Of a stretch of DNA of 64,000 nucleotides, positions 48,125-58,774 are shown in pieces; position 1 is the stretch's first letter; the number at the start of each line of letters is the position of its first letter. A model generated the notes under the pieces. That model was not told where the DNA came from. It was given only the letters and a program-made list of their open reading frames with translations, and made no database searches. Source of the DNA: Armatimonadota bacterium (GTDB lineage Bacteria > Armatimonadota > SYMT01); assembly GCA_041690135.1 (NCBI GenBank), contig JAWLHY010000001.1:704001-768000 (forward strand). Reading direction: 5' to 3'. Position numbers and translations under genes: made by a program.

Positions 48125-50736
48125 TCGTCTCTCCTCTGTTCCCGGTCCAGTTCCTCGCGGAGGTACTCCAGCTCGGCGGCTCGGTCGTGCAGCTCGCCGT
48201 TCAGGCGCGCATCCAGAGCGCGCTCCAGGGCGCGGCCGAAGGCAGGGCCGGGACGATATCCCAGCTCCTTCAGGTCGCTCCCCGTTACCTCCAGTTTAAC
48301 ATTCCGCCATTGTACCAGGAATCGTTCCAGCAGTGTACGCATGCGGTCGCCCTCGCCGCTCGCCGCGCTCACGGCGGCGAGCAGCACCAGGGCTTCCGCG
48401 GGCAGCGGGCGCAGTGCGCGGGTGAGATCGGAGGGCGGCACCCCTTCCCCCAGCAGCCCCGCGGCCGTGTCCGCCGCGCCGACCGCCGCCTCCAGCGCTT
48501 TGAGGTCTGGACCCGTAACGCGCAGGCGGGCGACCGCCAGCTCTGCGGCCGGCACCGGGCCCAGGGGGCGCAGGATCCCCGCCAGATAGGTGAGGCTGGC
48601 GTTAACCGGATCGTCGGTCGTGCGCTCCCACCAGTCCACGGCGCCCGGGACGGCTTGCAGAAGCGGCAGGTCGAGCTCCAGCCCCGGGAAGAGGGTGCGA
48701 AAGACCCCCAGATCCTGCAGCCGCAGGAGGGCCCCCACCGGGCGGGGACGCATCAACACCTCTTCCAGTTGCCGGCGCATCCGCTCCGGGCTGATGGTTT
48801 CCAGCGCTCCCGAGGCGATGGCGTGCCGCGCCAGTTCCTCGGTCTGGGAGTCCATCCGGAAGTGGAACCGCTCCTCGAAGCGCACGGCCCGGAAGATCCG
48901 CGTGGGGTCGTCGATGAAGCTGACGTTGTGGAGGACGCGGAGCCGGCGCCGCTGGAGATCCTGTCTGCCCCGGAACGGGTCCAGCAGCTCGCCGAAACGC
49001 TGCGGGAGCAAGGAGATCGCCATCGCGTTGATGGTGAAGTCGCGGCGCCGCAGATCGTCGTTGATCGACGACGGCTCCACTTCGGGCAGTACGCCGGGAC
49101 GGGCGTAGCTCTCGGTGCGCGCGGTGGCGAAATCGACCTCAATCCCGTCCGGGAGACGGACCTTCGCCGTGCCGAAGGCGGACTCGATCTTGAACAAATC
49201 GCCTCCGAGCTGCTCCGCCACCGCGGCCGCCAGGCGGGCGCCGTCCGGCTCGACCAGGAGGTCGAGATCCAGATTCCGCACCCCCAGTAGGAGGTCGCGG
49301 ACGAAGCCGCCCACCACGTAGACCTGGGCGCCCTCCGACAGCGCGATCCGGCCCACTTCCTCCAGGACCTTCTGCACGCGGGCCGGTAGATGCTCCCGGA
49401 TGAGTTGGGCGACCGGCTCCTCCGTCAGGGGTGGCGCGCCTGCGAGATAACGGGCGCCGTGGAGCGCTTCGAGGACGTTGGTCCGGGTGACGATCCCCAC
49501 CACCTCGTCCCCCTCCATCACCGGCAGCCTCCCGATCCCCTCGCGGATCATGATCCGCTCCAGCGTGGAGAGGGGCGTGTCCGGGCTTGCCGTCGCCACG
49601 TCGCGCGTCATGAAGCCACGGATCGGCGCGTGGTCCAGGCCGTGGCTGCGCGCCTTGTCGACGTCGCGGCGCGTCACCACCCCCACCACCTTCCCACGAT
49701 CCATCACCAGCAGCCCCGAGTGGCCGTACCGCAGCATCCGGCGGTAGGCCTCGCCGATGCTGGCGTCCGGAGGGACGGTGCGGACCGGAGAGGCCATGAT
49801 TGCCGCGGCCGTGCGCTCCGGCACCACGAACTGCTCCAGCAGCTTCAGCAGCCGCTCCTTAACGGCCGGAAGCGCTTCGTCCCGCAGGGTCACCGAGGCG
49901 GCCCGGGCGTGCCCTCCCCCACCCAGTTCCCGGAGAACGGCGGCTACGTCGAGCGCATCCGTGCGGCTGCGGCCGATCAGGTACACGGCGTCTTCCATCT
50001 CTGTCAGGATGAACCCCACCCCCACGTCCTCCGCGTCGAGCACGCGCGGCACCAGGAGCGCGGCGTCGTCCACGTAGGGACCGGGCGGAGCCGTGCTGAT
50101 CAGAACGGGCGTGCCGCGCACCTCGTGGATTTCGAGGCCGGCAAGGAGGTGCTGCAGCAGGCGGCGCTGCTCCGGACTGAGGCTGCGGCGGATGAACTGG
50201 GAAACGACATCGAGGTCCGCCCCGCCCCGCAGCAGCCACGCGGCTGCTTCCAGGTCCTCCGGACGCGTGCCGGCGAAAGAGAGGGAGCCGGTGTCTTCGT
50301 AGATCCCCAGTAGGATGGCCGTGGCCTCGAAGGCGGTGAGGCTCTCCTGGCGCTCGCGCAGGCAATGGGCCATCACGCTGGAAACGGCCCCCCACGGCTC
50401 CAGGCGCTGGTAACCGGCCGGCACGTCGCACTCCGCCGCCACGTGGTGATCGTAAAGATGGACTTCCACATCCGGGAGGTCCAGCCAGGCGGCGGCGAGA
50501 CCGAGACGGCGACGGCTGCAGGTATCCACCACAATCACGCGGCGGATCGCCTCGGCCTCGATATCAGCGGGAACCCGTGGCGCGAGGACCTCGCGATGGA
50601 TCGAGAGGAAGTCATGCACCCCGGGAGATTCCCCACCGGGGAGCACGAGCACGGCGCCCGGATAGAGCCGCCCCGCACCGACCAGCCCGCCCAGGGCATC
50701 GAAATCGGCGTTCACGTGCGTGACGACTACATCCAT
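48121..50736 (-). CDS. DHH-DHHA1-CBS tRNA nucleotidyltransferase (A-adding/CCA type)
   Basis: H.NADFD, YDHH, GGGHARAAS, CBS pair, VGGFVRD..DLD, RRDFTINA, DDPTR. Confidence 0.93.
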   Translation of the reverse strand: MDVVVTHVNADFDALGGLVGAGRLYPGAVLVLPGGESPGVHDFLSIHREVLAPRVPADIEAEAIRRVIVVDTCSRRRLGLAAAWLDLPDVEVHLYDHHVAAECDVPAGYQRLEPWGAVSSVMAHCLRERQESLTAFEATAILLGIYEDTGSLSFAGTRPEDLEAAAWLLRGGADLDVVSQFIRRSLSPEQRRLLQHLLAGLEIHEVRGTPVLISTAPPGPYVDDAALLVPRVLDAEDVGVGFILTEMEDAVYLIGRSRTDALDVAAVLRELGGGGHARAASVTLRDEALPAVKERLLKLLEQFVVPERTAAAIMASPVRTVPPDASIGEAYRRMLRYGHSGLLVMDRGKVVGVVTRRDVDKARSHGLDHAPIRGFMTRDVATASPDTPLSTLERIMIREGIGRLPVMEGDEVVGIVTRTNVLEALHGARYLAGAPPLTEEPVAQLIREHLPARVQKVLEEVGRIALSEGAQVYVVGGFVRDLLLGVRNLDLDLLVEPDGARLAAAVAEQLGGDLFKIESAFGTAKVRLPDGIEVDFATARTESYARPGVLPEVEPSSINDDLRRRDFTINAMAISLLPQRFGELLDPFRGRQDLQRRRLRVLHNVSFIDDPTRIFRAVRFEERFHFRMDSQTEELARHAIASGALETISPERMRRQLEEVLMRPRPVGALLRLQDLGVFRTLFPGLELDLPLLQAVPGAVDWWERTTDDPVNASLTYLAGILRPLGPVPAAELAVARLRVTGPDLKALEAAVGAADTAAGLLGEGVPPSDLTRALRPLPAEALVLLAAVSAASGEGDRMRTLLERFLVQWRNVKLEVTGSDLKELGYRPGPAFGRALERALDARLNGELHDRAAELEYLREELDREQRRDD

Positions 50737-50782
50737 CGGTATTGGGCTCCAGGACGCCTCCCACCGGAAAGCGTCCCGGAGG

Positions 50783-52093
50783 TTAGAGCAGACGGTCGGG
50801 GATCACGTCCTGGCGGACGAGGTCCTCGTAGTTTTCGCGGCGGACCAGCAGGTCGGCCTGGCCGTCGTTCACCAGCACCACCGCCGGGCGGCGGAACCGG
50901 TTGTAATTGCTGGCCATGGCGTAATTGTACGCCCCCGTGGACTGGACCGCCAGCAGATCACCCGGCTCCGGGTTCGCCAGCGGGATGTCCCAGATCAGGA
51001 TGTCCGTCTCGCAGTGCTTGCCGGCCACCGTCACCACCTGGTCGTGCGGCTGGTCCGCTTTGTTCGCCACGATCGCCTCGTACTTGGCGTCGTAGAGCGA
51101 CGGGCGCGGGTTGTCGGAAAGGCCGCCGTCCACGGAAACGTAGGTCCGCACCTCCGGGATGTGCTTGATCGAGCCGATCGAGTAGACCGTGGTCCCCGTC
51201 TCGCCCACGAGGAAGCGACCCGGCTCCTGCAGCAGGGTGGGATAGCTTAGGCCCGCCTCGTCCAGCTTACGCTTCAGCACGCCCACCACCGTGTCGGCGA
51301 ACTCGTCCAGGGTCGGGGGGCGATGCCCGCTCAGATAGCGGATCCCGAGGCCGCCGCCGATGTTCAGTTCGTCGAACTCCACCCCAAACTCCCGCTTCAC
51401 CTGGGCGAGCAGGTCGACCATGATGGCCGTGGAGGCCTCGTGGCATTCGGTGTCGTGGAGCTGCGAGCCCACGTGGCAGTGCAGCCCGCGGAGGCGCAGT
51501 CCGGGGATCTCCCGCACGCGGCTCACGGCGGTCATCGCGGCGCCGCTGGAAACGTCGAAACCGAACTTGGTGTCCACCTGGCCGGTGCTGATCCGCTTGT
51601 GGGTGTGGGGATCGATGCCGGGAGCCACCCGCAGGAGGACCGACTGCGACTCCTTCGAGTTGGCCGCCAGCTCGGTCAGCAGGTCGATCTCGTAAAAGTT
51701 GTCGATGATAATGTGGCCCACCCGCGCGTCGAGGGCCATCTGCAGCTCTTCCACCGACTTGTTGTTGCCGTGGAGCGAGATCCGCTCAACCGGGAAACCG
51801 GCGCGCAGGGCGACGAACAGCTCTCCGCCGGAAGCCACGTCCAGCGAGAGGCCTTCCTGCTCGATGACTTTACAGATGCCGGTGCACAGGAACGCTTTAC
51901 TGGCGAAGGACACTTCCACTTTGGGATAGCGCGCCCGGAACGCCGCCAGGTAGTCGCGGCAGTTCTTCCGGATGGCGGCTTCGTCCATCACGTAGAGGGG
52001 GGTTCCGTATTCCCGAGCCAGGGTGACGAGGTCTACTCCCCCGATCTCGAGGTGTCCCTGCGCGTTCACGCGCTGTGTGCCGAGCAACATCAT
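50783..52093 (-). CDS. lysA: Diaminopimelate decarboxylase
   Basis: FASKAF, HGNNKS, HVGSQ, EPGR, GKHCETD, GAYNYAMASNYN. Confidence 0.96.
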   Translation of the reverse strand: MMLLGTQRVNAQGHLEIGGVDLVTLAREYGTPLYVMDEAAIRKNCRDYLAAFRARYPKVEVSFASKAFLCTGICKVIEQEGLSLDVASGGELFVALRAGFPVERISLHGNNKSVEELQMALDARVGHIIIDNFYEIDLLTELAANSKESQSVLLRVAPGIDPHTHKRISTGQVDTKFGFDVSSGAAMTAVSRVREIPGLRLRGLHCHVGSQLHDTECHEASTAIMVDLLAQVKREFGVEFDELNIGGGLGIRYLSGHRPPTLDEFADTVVGVLKRKLDEAGLSYPTLLQEPGRFLVGETGTTVYSIGSIKHIPEVRTYVSVDGGLSDNPRPSLYDAKYEAIVANKADQPHDQVVTVAGKHCETDILIWDIPLANPEPGDLLAVQSTGAYNYAMASNYNRFRRPAVVLVNDGQADLLVRRENYEDLVRQDVIPDRLL

Positions 52094-52175
52094 AGAGCCA
52101 GATTCCTGTAACTGCGAGGTGAAGCGGCGCGAGAGGGCTACTACCGAGTGGATAGCCTGCCTGCTTCGGCGCCCA

Positions 52176-52204
52176 ATGGTATCACAGACGGAGTTTTGGG
52201 GCAA
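52176..52204 (-). promoter_or_regulatory. Promoter for lysA
   Basis: TTGCCC-17nt-TACCAT with extended TG. Confidence 0.6.
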
Positions 52205-52824
52205 ATCGGTCGGAAGGTATGGGGCGATTACCTATCCAGGGATATGCAACCCGCAACCGCATTGAGGTATTCGCAAATGGTTCTCGCCGCATCCCAGTTA
52301 TCACTGGAATGATCCCGTGCCACACCCTCCTCTGGGAGACTCGGATGGTAGGGAATGTGACGTACACCCGGCGGAGCATAGGGCCGTTCCACTCCGTAGT
52401 TATCGAAGCTGATCCCGTTTGGCCAGACCACGGCTGCTCCGGAACCATAGCCGTTACCGTAGTGCGCGATGGCATCATACCCGGGACAGCGGAACGCTAC
52501 GGCGAGACGTTCCCTACGAGCGCCGTTTTCAACGGCTCGTCGCACTAAACCTGACCCCACACAACCAGAGGTGCCGGGGCGGCGCGCGAATTGGGCTGCT
52601 ACTTACCGGCTGGTAACAGCGGGGTTGCGACGTTGTAGACGGTGTCGGCATTGAGCAGCGCACGCTCGCAGTGCCTGCGGTTCCCCGGGGTGCGGGTGTC
52701 AGGACCCTTGTTGCGAATGCAGACAGCGCTAAAGCGCTTGACTGCAAGCCAGGAAAGCAGCGCAAAGGCGTTTGAGTGCGAAGCAAAGGCTTCTGGTTCG
52801 TAAGCGATACGACCCCATTAGCAA

Positions 52825-52862
52825 GATAGGGGAGAGACCTGGTTCTCGGTCTCTCCCCTATC
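52825..52862 (-). terminator. Terminator downstream of pnp
   Basis: GATAGGGGGAGAGACC...GGTCTCTCCCCTATC stem. Confidence 0.7.
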
Positions 52863-52907
52863 CTTATCTGCCGGTATTACCTGTTGAAAACAACAGGCTC
52901 AGGTGTT

Positions 52908-55301
52908 TTAGTCCTGGCGGCGCGGGGGCCGGAAGCGGGCGCCTACGCCCGTCTCGCCACCGGTCGCGGGGCGCGGCGGGATATCTCCCCCGCGGGACTC
53001 GCCACCACCACGGGGTTCGCCGCCGCCGCGGGGCTCGCCGCCGCGATCCCGATCCCGGTCGCCGCCACCGCCGCCACCGCCGCGCGGGCCGCGGTCGCGA
53101 TCCCGGTCGCCGCCGTAGCCGCCACCGCCACGACCGCCGCGGTCGCGATCCCGATCACCGCCGTAGCCGCCGCCGCGCGGGCCGCGGTCCGGGCGTGGCG
53201 GGCTGATCGTCTCGGGCACCGGCTCCTCATCCGGGTTCAGGCAGGCCTTGCGGGAGAGGTCCACGCGGCCCTGGGCATCGACGGAGATCACCTTGGCCTC
53301 GACCGTGTCGCCGACCTTTACCACGTCGTCCGGGCGTCCGATGCGGTGATGGCTCAGCTCGTGGGTCGGGATGAGACCTTCCTTGCCGGGCGAGACTTCC
53401 ATCATGGCGCCCTTGCCCATCAGGCGGGTGATCTTGCCGGTGAAGACCTCGCCGACCGCGATGCGCTTGGTGAGGGCTTCGATCATCTGGACCGCCTGCA
53501 TGCCGGACTCGTGGTCCTGCGCGGCGATAAAGACGCGGCCGTCCTGCTCGATGTCGATCTTGGTCTGCGTATCCGCCTGGATCTTCTTGATCACCTTGCC
53601 TCCGGGGCCGATGATCTCGCCGATCTGGTCGGGGCTGATCTCCACCGTCAGGATCCGCGGCGCGTACTGTGAGAGTTCCTCACGCGGCTGTTCCAGGGCC
53701 GCGAGCATCTTCTCCATGATGTAGAGGCGACCCTGGCGGGCCTGCTCCACCGCCTGCTCCATCACTTCCCACGGGATGCCGCTGATCTTGGTGTCCATCT
53801 GCATCGCGGTGACACCCGTCTCAGTGCCGGTGACCTTGAAGTCCATGTCGCCGCCGAAGTCCTCCATCCCCTGGATGTCGGAGAGCACGACGAACTTGTC
53901 TCCCTGGGTCATCAGGCCCATGGCAATGCCGGAGACCGGCGCCCTCAGCGGCACGCCGGCGTCCATCATGGCCATGGTGCTGCCGCAGGTGCTGCCCATG
54001 GAGGTGGACCCGTTCGACTCCATCACGTCCGAGACCACGCGGATCACGTACGGGAAGGTTTCCTTATCGGGAAGCACCGCGCGGAGCGCCCGCTCGGCCA
54101 GGGCGCCGTGGCCCACTTCCCGGCGGCCGGGGCCGCGCATCGGGCGGGTCTCTCCCACGCTGTAGGGCGGGAAGTTATAGTGGTGCATGTAGGTCTTGGT
54201 CTCTTCTTCCCCAAGACCGTCGATCATCTGGTCCTCGCTGGTACCGCCAAGGGTAGCCACCGAGAGCACCTGCGTCTGGCCGCGGGTGAACAGCGCGGAG
54301 CCGTGGGTCCGCGGCAGCAGCCCCACCTCGCAGGTCACCTGGCGGATATCTTCCGGGCCGCGGCCGTCCGGGCGCTTCCCTTCCTCGATGATGAGCGACC
54401 GCAGTTCCTGCTTGACCAGCTTCTCGACCGCCTCGCCAAGCTCGCCGCCCCGCTCCGGGTACTTCTCGCTGAGGGCCGCGACGATCTCCTTCTTCAGATC
54501 GCCGATGGCGCTCTCGCGAGCGGCCTTGTCCGGGTTGGAGATGGTGTCGCGCACCTGCCCCGCGTGGGCGCGGGCCGCTTCCATCAGCTCCGGATCGACC
54601 TTCTTCTGCACAATCTCGCGGTGCGGCTTGCCCACTTCCTGGCGCCACTGCTTCAGGAAGCGGCAGATCTCCTGGATCGCCTCATGGGCGAAGCGCATCG
54701 CTTCCAGGACCTTCGCCTCCGGCACCTGGTTGGCGCCGGCTTCGACCATGATGATGGCGTCTTCCGTGCCCGCCACCACGAGGTCGAGATCCCCCGCGTC
54801 GATCTGTTCGCGGCTGGGGTTGAGGATCAGCTCCCCGTTCAGCAGGCCCACGCGCACCGCGCCCGTCGGTCCGTTCCACGGAATGTCGGACAGCGTCAGG
54901 GCGGCCGAGGCCGCGTTCATCGCCAGGATATCCGGCGGGTTGACCTGGTCGACGGACAGCGGCATGGTCACCACCTGCACGTCGTTCCGCATCCCATCCG
55001 GGAAGAGCGGACGGGTGGGGCGGTCGATCAGGCGCGAGGTCAACACGGCGCGCTCGCTGGGCTTGCCTTCGCGCTTGAAGAACCCGCCTGGGATCTTCCC
55101 CACCGAGTACATGCGCTCTTCGTAGTCGCAGGTAAGCGGGAAGAAGTCGATGTCTCGGGGATTGCTGCTCATCGTGGCCGTGCCGAGGACCATCGTGTCC
55201 CCACAGCGCACGGTCACGGCGCCGCCGGCCTGCTTGGCCATTCTGCCCGTTTCGAACTCAAGCTCCTGGCCACCCAGGGTGAGTCTTCGGGTATCGATCA
55301 T
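52908..55301 (-). CDS. pnp: Polyribonucleotide nucleotidyltransferase
   Basis: DFFPLT, RLIDRP, HGSALFTRGQTQ, RREVGHG, GDMDFK, KH and S1 domains. Confidence 0.98.
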   Translation of the reverse strand: MIDTRRLTLGGQELEFETGRMAKQAGGAVTVRCGDTMVLGTATMSSNPRDIDFFPLTCDYEERMYSVGKIPGGFFKREGKPSERAVLTSRLIDRPTRPLFPDGMRNDVQVVTMPLSVDQVNPPDILAMNAASAALTLSDIPWNGPTGAVRVGLLNGELILNPSREQIDAGDLDLVVAGTEDAIIMVEAGANQVPEAKVLEAMRFAHEAIQEICRFLKQWRQEVGKPHREIVQKKVDPELMEAARAHAGQVRDTISNPDKAARESAIGDLKKEIVAALSEKYPERGGELGEAVEKLVKQELRSLIIEEGKRPDGRGPEDIRQVTCEVGLLPRTHGSALFTRGQTQVLSVATLGGTSEDQMIDGLGEEETKTYMHHYNFPPYSVGETRPMRGPGRREVGHGALAERALRAVLPDKETFPYVIRVVSDVMESNGSTSMGSTCGSTMAMMDAGVPLRAPVSGIAMGLMTQGDKFVVLSDIQGMEDFGGDMDFKVTGTETGVTAMQMDTKISGIPWEVMEQAVEQARQGRLYIMEKMLAALEQPREELSQYAPRILTVEISPDQIGEIIGPGGKVIKKIQADTQTKIDIEQDGRVFIAAQDHESGMQAVQMIEALTKRIAVGEVFTGKITRLMGKGAMMEVSPGKEGLIPTHELSHHRIGRPDDVVKVGDTVEAKVISVDAQGRVDLSRKACLNPDEEPVPETISPPRPDRGPRGGGYGGDRDRDRGGRGGGGYGGDRDRDRGPRGGGGGGGDRDRDRGGEPRGGGEPRGGGESRGGDIPPRPATGGETGVGARFRPPRRQD

Positions 55302-55568
55302 GGATGTTGCTCCTGCCCCCGCCGGCTCCACCGCGGTGGACACCCGGGGCGTTCGTTTAGGTCCGCTTACCCACACCTGAGGCTCCAGAAACGGACAACG
55401 CCTCCCCACCCCGGCGCAGGAAGCGACGGGCTTGAGGAGGCGTTGAAATCCCTGAAGCGAATGTGGTTTCGGGTATGTCGGACACCAGCTTTACAGTCGT
55501 CCGTCTCGTTCTCCGGCCACCGGAGGATCCGGGGAGACGGCCGGAGAGATCACCTCTCCGCCGGGCAA

Positions 55569-55838
55569 CTAACGGCGGATGCCCAATCGGGCGATCAGGG
55601 ACCGGTAGCGGTTGATGTCCTTACTGCTCAGGTAGTTGAGCAGGCGACGCCGCTGGCCGACCATCATTAGCAGCCCACGTCGGGAGTGATAGTCCTTCGC
55701 ATGGGTCCGCAAATGATCCGTCAACTCATTGATGCGCGCGGTAAGCAACGCGACCTGAACCTCCGGTGATCCGGTATCGCCCTCGTGAGTTTTGTACTCC
55801 GAGATGATCTGGTTCTTTCGCTCCGCAGCCAGAGCCAT
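55569..55838 (-). CDS. rpsO: 30S ribosomal protein S15
   Basis: [33 protein letters not shown]; 89 aa. Confidence 0.98.
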   Translation of the reverse strand: MALAAERKNQIISEYKTHEGDTGSPEVQVALLTARINELTDHLRTHAKDYHSRRGLLMMVGQRRRLLNYLSSKDINRYRSLIARLGIRR

Positions 55839-56062
55839 TGGTTTACGATCTCCTAGCCCCGTGAAGGGAGAACCTTGTCTCGTACGCGGTGTTCCGAGAC
55901 AGAGTGATACACGCACGACCGAAGCGTACCGATGCCGGAAACGGAGAATGACTGGATGGAAGGCGCCGGAACGCGCACCATCCAACCATCCCGCCGTCTC
56001 CGGAGCAGGTTCGCCCCGGACGAACGCCACGGAAGATTAACATACCCCGGGGGTCGTGTCAA
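55839..56062 (-). promoter_or_regulatory. rpsO promoter and ~190-nt leader
   Basis: TTGACA-17nt-TAATCT at 56062-56034 with extended TG. Confidence 0.65.
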
Positions 56063-56215
56063 TTTGCCGTAGCCCCGTTGGTTTCGTCAGTTGACGCATC
56101 CGGGACGGCAGGGCGGGGTTGGAGGGATGACGAGCTATCGGGAAGAACACCTACGGGGATATTTGTCTCGTACTTCCCCACCGCCGAATGGGTTTCGCGT
56201 CCGTCATCAGGCTCC

Positions 56216-57331
56216 ATGCAGGCTGTCTTTCCCTCTGATCCCACCCTGCAACCGTACCTGCAGGCCATAGAGGAGAAGGAGGCGCTTCACGAGCTGGAAG
56301 CGCTCTTGTCGCAGGTTGAGTCGACGATCCGCGCGGTAATCCGGCGCCGGTGGAGCCATTCCACCACTGCATCCGAACAGGACCGCCAGCGTGCGGAAGA
56401 CATTTTCGGTGAAGTGGTGTACCAACTCGTCGCCCGGCTGCGGGAGATCCGGTCCGCGCCGGTCCCGCCCCATACCATGGTGCCGGGCAGCCCAACCGAA
56501 GGCGGGGGGAGTAGCCGGAGTCCGTCCATCAGTAACTTCCGCGCGTTCGCGGCCACGATTGCGGCGCGCGTGTGCGATGCTTACGTCCGAGAGAAGTACC
56601 CCAACCGCAACCGGCTGCGACGGCGCCTGGAGTATCTCCTGGGAGAGCAGTCCCCGGTGCGCGGCCTTGCCGTCTGGACCTCGGCGGAAGGCCGTCGTCT
56701 CGCCGGGTTTGCCCAGTGGCGAGACCGAAACCGGCGACCCGCCGGCGGCGCCCACTACCGTCGCCTGCTGGAGAACCCGCAAGACGTGGTGAAATCCCAG
56801 TTCGCGCACGCGGACCCGGCGCAGGTCGATCCTAGCGAGCTCCTGGCCGCCTTCTTCGATGGCCTCGGAGGGCCGATCGAGTTCGACGAATTGGTCGGCC
56901 TGATGGCTCGTGTTTGGAGCGTTACCGACGAGCCGGTCGAAGCCCTGGAAGAGGATCAGGAAAGCCCCTTTCTATCGGGGAATGGCCCCGGGGTGGAGAC
57001 CATCGTCGTCCGGATGGAGTACCTTCAGGCCCTCTGGAGCGAGATCCGCCAGCTTCCTACGCGCCAGGCCGCCGCCCTCCTCTTGAATCTACGCGATCCC
57101 GGGGGGAACGGGCTCATCGCCCTGCTCCCGATCACGCGCACGGCATCCCTTACGGAGATTGCCGGCGCCATCGGAATGGAACCGGTCGAGCTCGCGCGGA
57201 TCTGGAACGGTTTGCCGATGGACGACCTCCGGCTCGGGGAGTTGCTGGGTTGTACTCGCCAGCAGGTAATCAATCTGCGTCGGAGCGCACGGGAGCGACT
57301 CGCCCGGCGGATGGAAATATTCGCAACTTGA
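56216..57331 (+). CDS. Large ECF-type sigma-70 factor of the CHAT-associated type
   Basis: Region 2-like AEDIFGEV...NFRAFAATIAARVCDAY; region 4 LWSEIRQLP..Q..ALLL and TRQQVINLRRSARERL. Confidence 0.8.
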   Translation: MQAVFPSDPTLQPYLQAIEEKEALHELEALLSQVESTIRAVIRRRWSHSTTASEQDRQRAEDIFGEVVYQLVARLREIRSAPVPPHTMVPGSPTEGGGSSRSPSISNFRAFAATIAARVCDAYVREKYPNRNRLRRRLEYLLGEQSPVRGLAVWTSAEGRRLAGFAQWRDRNRRPAGGAHYRRLLENPQDVVKSQFAHADPAQVDPSELLAAFFDGLGGPIEFDELVGLMARVWSVTDEPVEALEEDQESPFLSGNGPGVETIVVRMEYLQALWSEIRQLPTRQAAALLLNLRDPGGNGLIALLPITRTASLTEIAGAIGMEPVELARIWNGLPMDDLRLGELLGCTRQQVINLRRSARERLARRMEIFAT

Positions 57332-57410
57332 TGCCAATATCCCTCTCAACCGGCCATCCCACCTGAGCAGGAAGCTAAACGTCCAACCTACGGAAACCGA
57401 GAAACGCTAA

Positions 57411-58763
57411 ATGAACCATCCCTCGCCCCAGGAGTTGGCCGCGTATTCGCGGGGCGAAATGAACCCGGACGAGCTGCTGTATGTCGGGGATCACCTCGCT
57501 GTTTGTCCCGCGTGCTCCGCATCCACGGCGGAGATAGCCCAACCACCTACCCTGCGCCAGTGGCGTCAGGTGCTGTGCAGCCCCCTGGATGCCGGACATC
57601 TGGAGGATGAACAACTGATTGCGTTCATGCGCGATCAGTGCCCGGCCACGGAGCGGGCCTCCCTGGCGGCACATCTGGCCAGTTGCCCACTCTGCACCGC
57701 GGACCTCGAGGACCTCCGGGCCTTCCACGCACAGATGGCTCCGAGCGCCGGACGGGTCTTCGAACCGGCGGCCTCCCCCGGACTGCTCGCCGGCCTCGAC
57801 CTGAGGCAGTGGTTCCAGGCGGAGACACTGCGTCGCTGGCTCGCTCCGGTCGCGGCGGCCGGCCTGGCGGCGGGGGGCCTCTACTGGATGGGGCTGCGTC
57901 CCCTCCAGACTCAACTGAATTCCACCAGCGGCCAACTGGCGGCGGTCCGGTCCGAGCGGGATAGCGCGCTCCGGAAGCAAACCGAACTGGAACGGCGCCT
58001 CGCAGACGCGTCTCCGGCGGCGGACCCACGGCGGCCAGCCCTTGAACTGGAGTTGAAGGCGATCCGCGGCCGGGAAGCCGCACTCCGTGAGCGCCTCGCC
58101 CGGTTGGAGACACAGGCATCCGAGAAGAACTTGCCCGGAGAGACTGTGGCGGCCGGCCCGAAGCCGGATGCGCAGATCGCGAAGGTGCTGGCCTCGGGGC
58201 GTCTCGACCTGCCGGAAGACCTGGCCCACCTGCGCGGAAAGGCCGGCCGTCTCCTGGGAGGGGACACCGCCTCCGCCTTCGGCGTGAAAGCCCCGTACGG
58301 CAGCGTGGTGCTGCGGACCCGTCCCACCTTCCGCTGGCGCCCCCTGCCCAATGCCACCGCCTACCGGGTGCTCGTCTTCGACGAAGCCTTCAACATGGTG
58401 GCGGAGGCAATGGTCCGCGGCGACGTGGAGTGGAAGCCGGAGAAGCCGCTGGCGCGCGGCAAGACCTACCGCTGGGAAGTCGTCGCCCTGCGTGGGGATG
58501 AAGAGCTGGAGCGCACGCCGCGCCCCCCGATGCCGGCAGCCCAATTTCGCGTGCTCGATGCCGCCACGGCCGCGAAGCTGGGCCAGGCGGGCGCGGCCGG
58601 GCCGCTGGAGCGCGGCATCCGCTACGCCGCCGCCGGGTTGGTGCAGGAGGCCGAACGCGAGTTGGAAGCCGCCCTCGAAACCGGAGCTACCGCTAAAGAT
58701 CGCGAGCAGGCGCAAAAGCTCCTGCAGCAAATCCGGGACCTGCAGGCAACGGACAGCGAGTAG
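57411..58763 (+). CDS. Anti-sigma factor with two zf-HC2 motifs, a TM helix and an extracytoplasmic domain
   Basis: HLAVCPAC and HLASCPLC, TM, RPTFRW, YRWEV, YAAAGL. Confidence 0.85.
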   Translation: MNHPSPQELAAYSRGEMNPDELLYVGDHLAVCPACSASTAEIAQPPTLRQWRQVLCSPLDAGHLEDEQLIAFMRDQCPATERASLAAHLASCPLCTADLEDLRAFHAQMAPSAGRVFEPAASPGLLAGLDLRQWFQAETLRRWLAPVAAAGLAAGGLYWMGLRPLQTQLNSTSGQLAAVRSERDSALRKQTELERRLADASPAADPRRPALELELKAIRGREAALRERLARLETQASEKNLPGETVAAGPKPDAQIAKVLASGRLDLPEDLAHLRGKAGRLLGGDTASAFGVKAPYGSVVLRTRPTFRWRPLPNATAYRVLVFDEAFNMVAEAMVRGDVEWKPEKPLARGKTYRWEVVALRGDEELERTPRPPMPAAQFRVLDAATAAKLGQAGAAGPLERGIRYAAAGLVQEAERELEAALETGATAKDREQAQKLLQQIRDLQATDSE

Positions 58764-58774
58764 GACAATCCGAA

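Noticed and set aside
52094-52600. Lysine riboswitch upstream of lysA
   Set aside because: The predicted promoter leaves only a ~80-nt leader, and the AGAGGTGC string at ~52567 is on the wrong strand.
54108-55670. Long antisense or alternative-frame ORFs (e.g. 54108-55670, 19872-21176, 22703-24142, 24510-25934)
   Set aside because: They are shadows of well-supported genes in high-GC DNA and carry no protein motifs.
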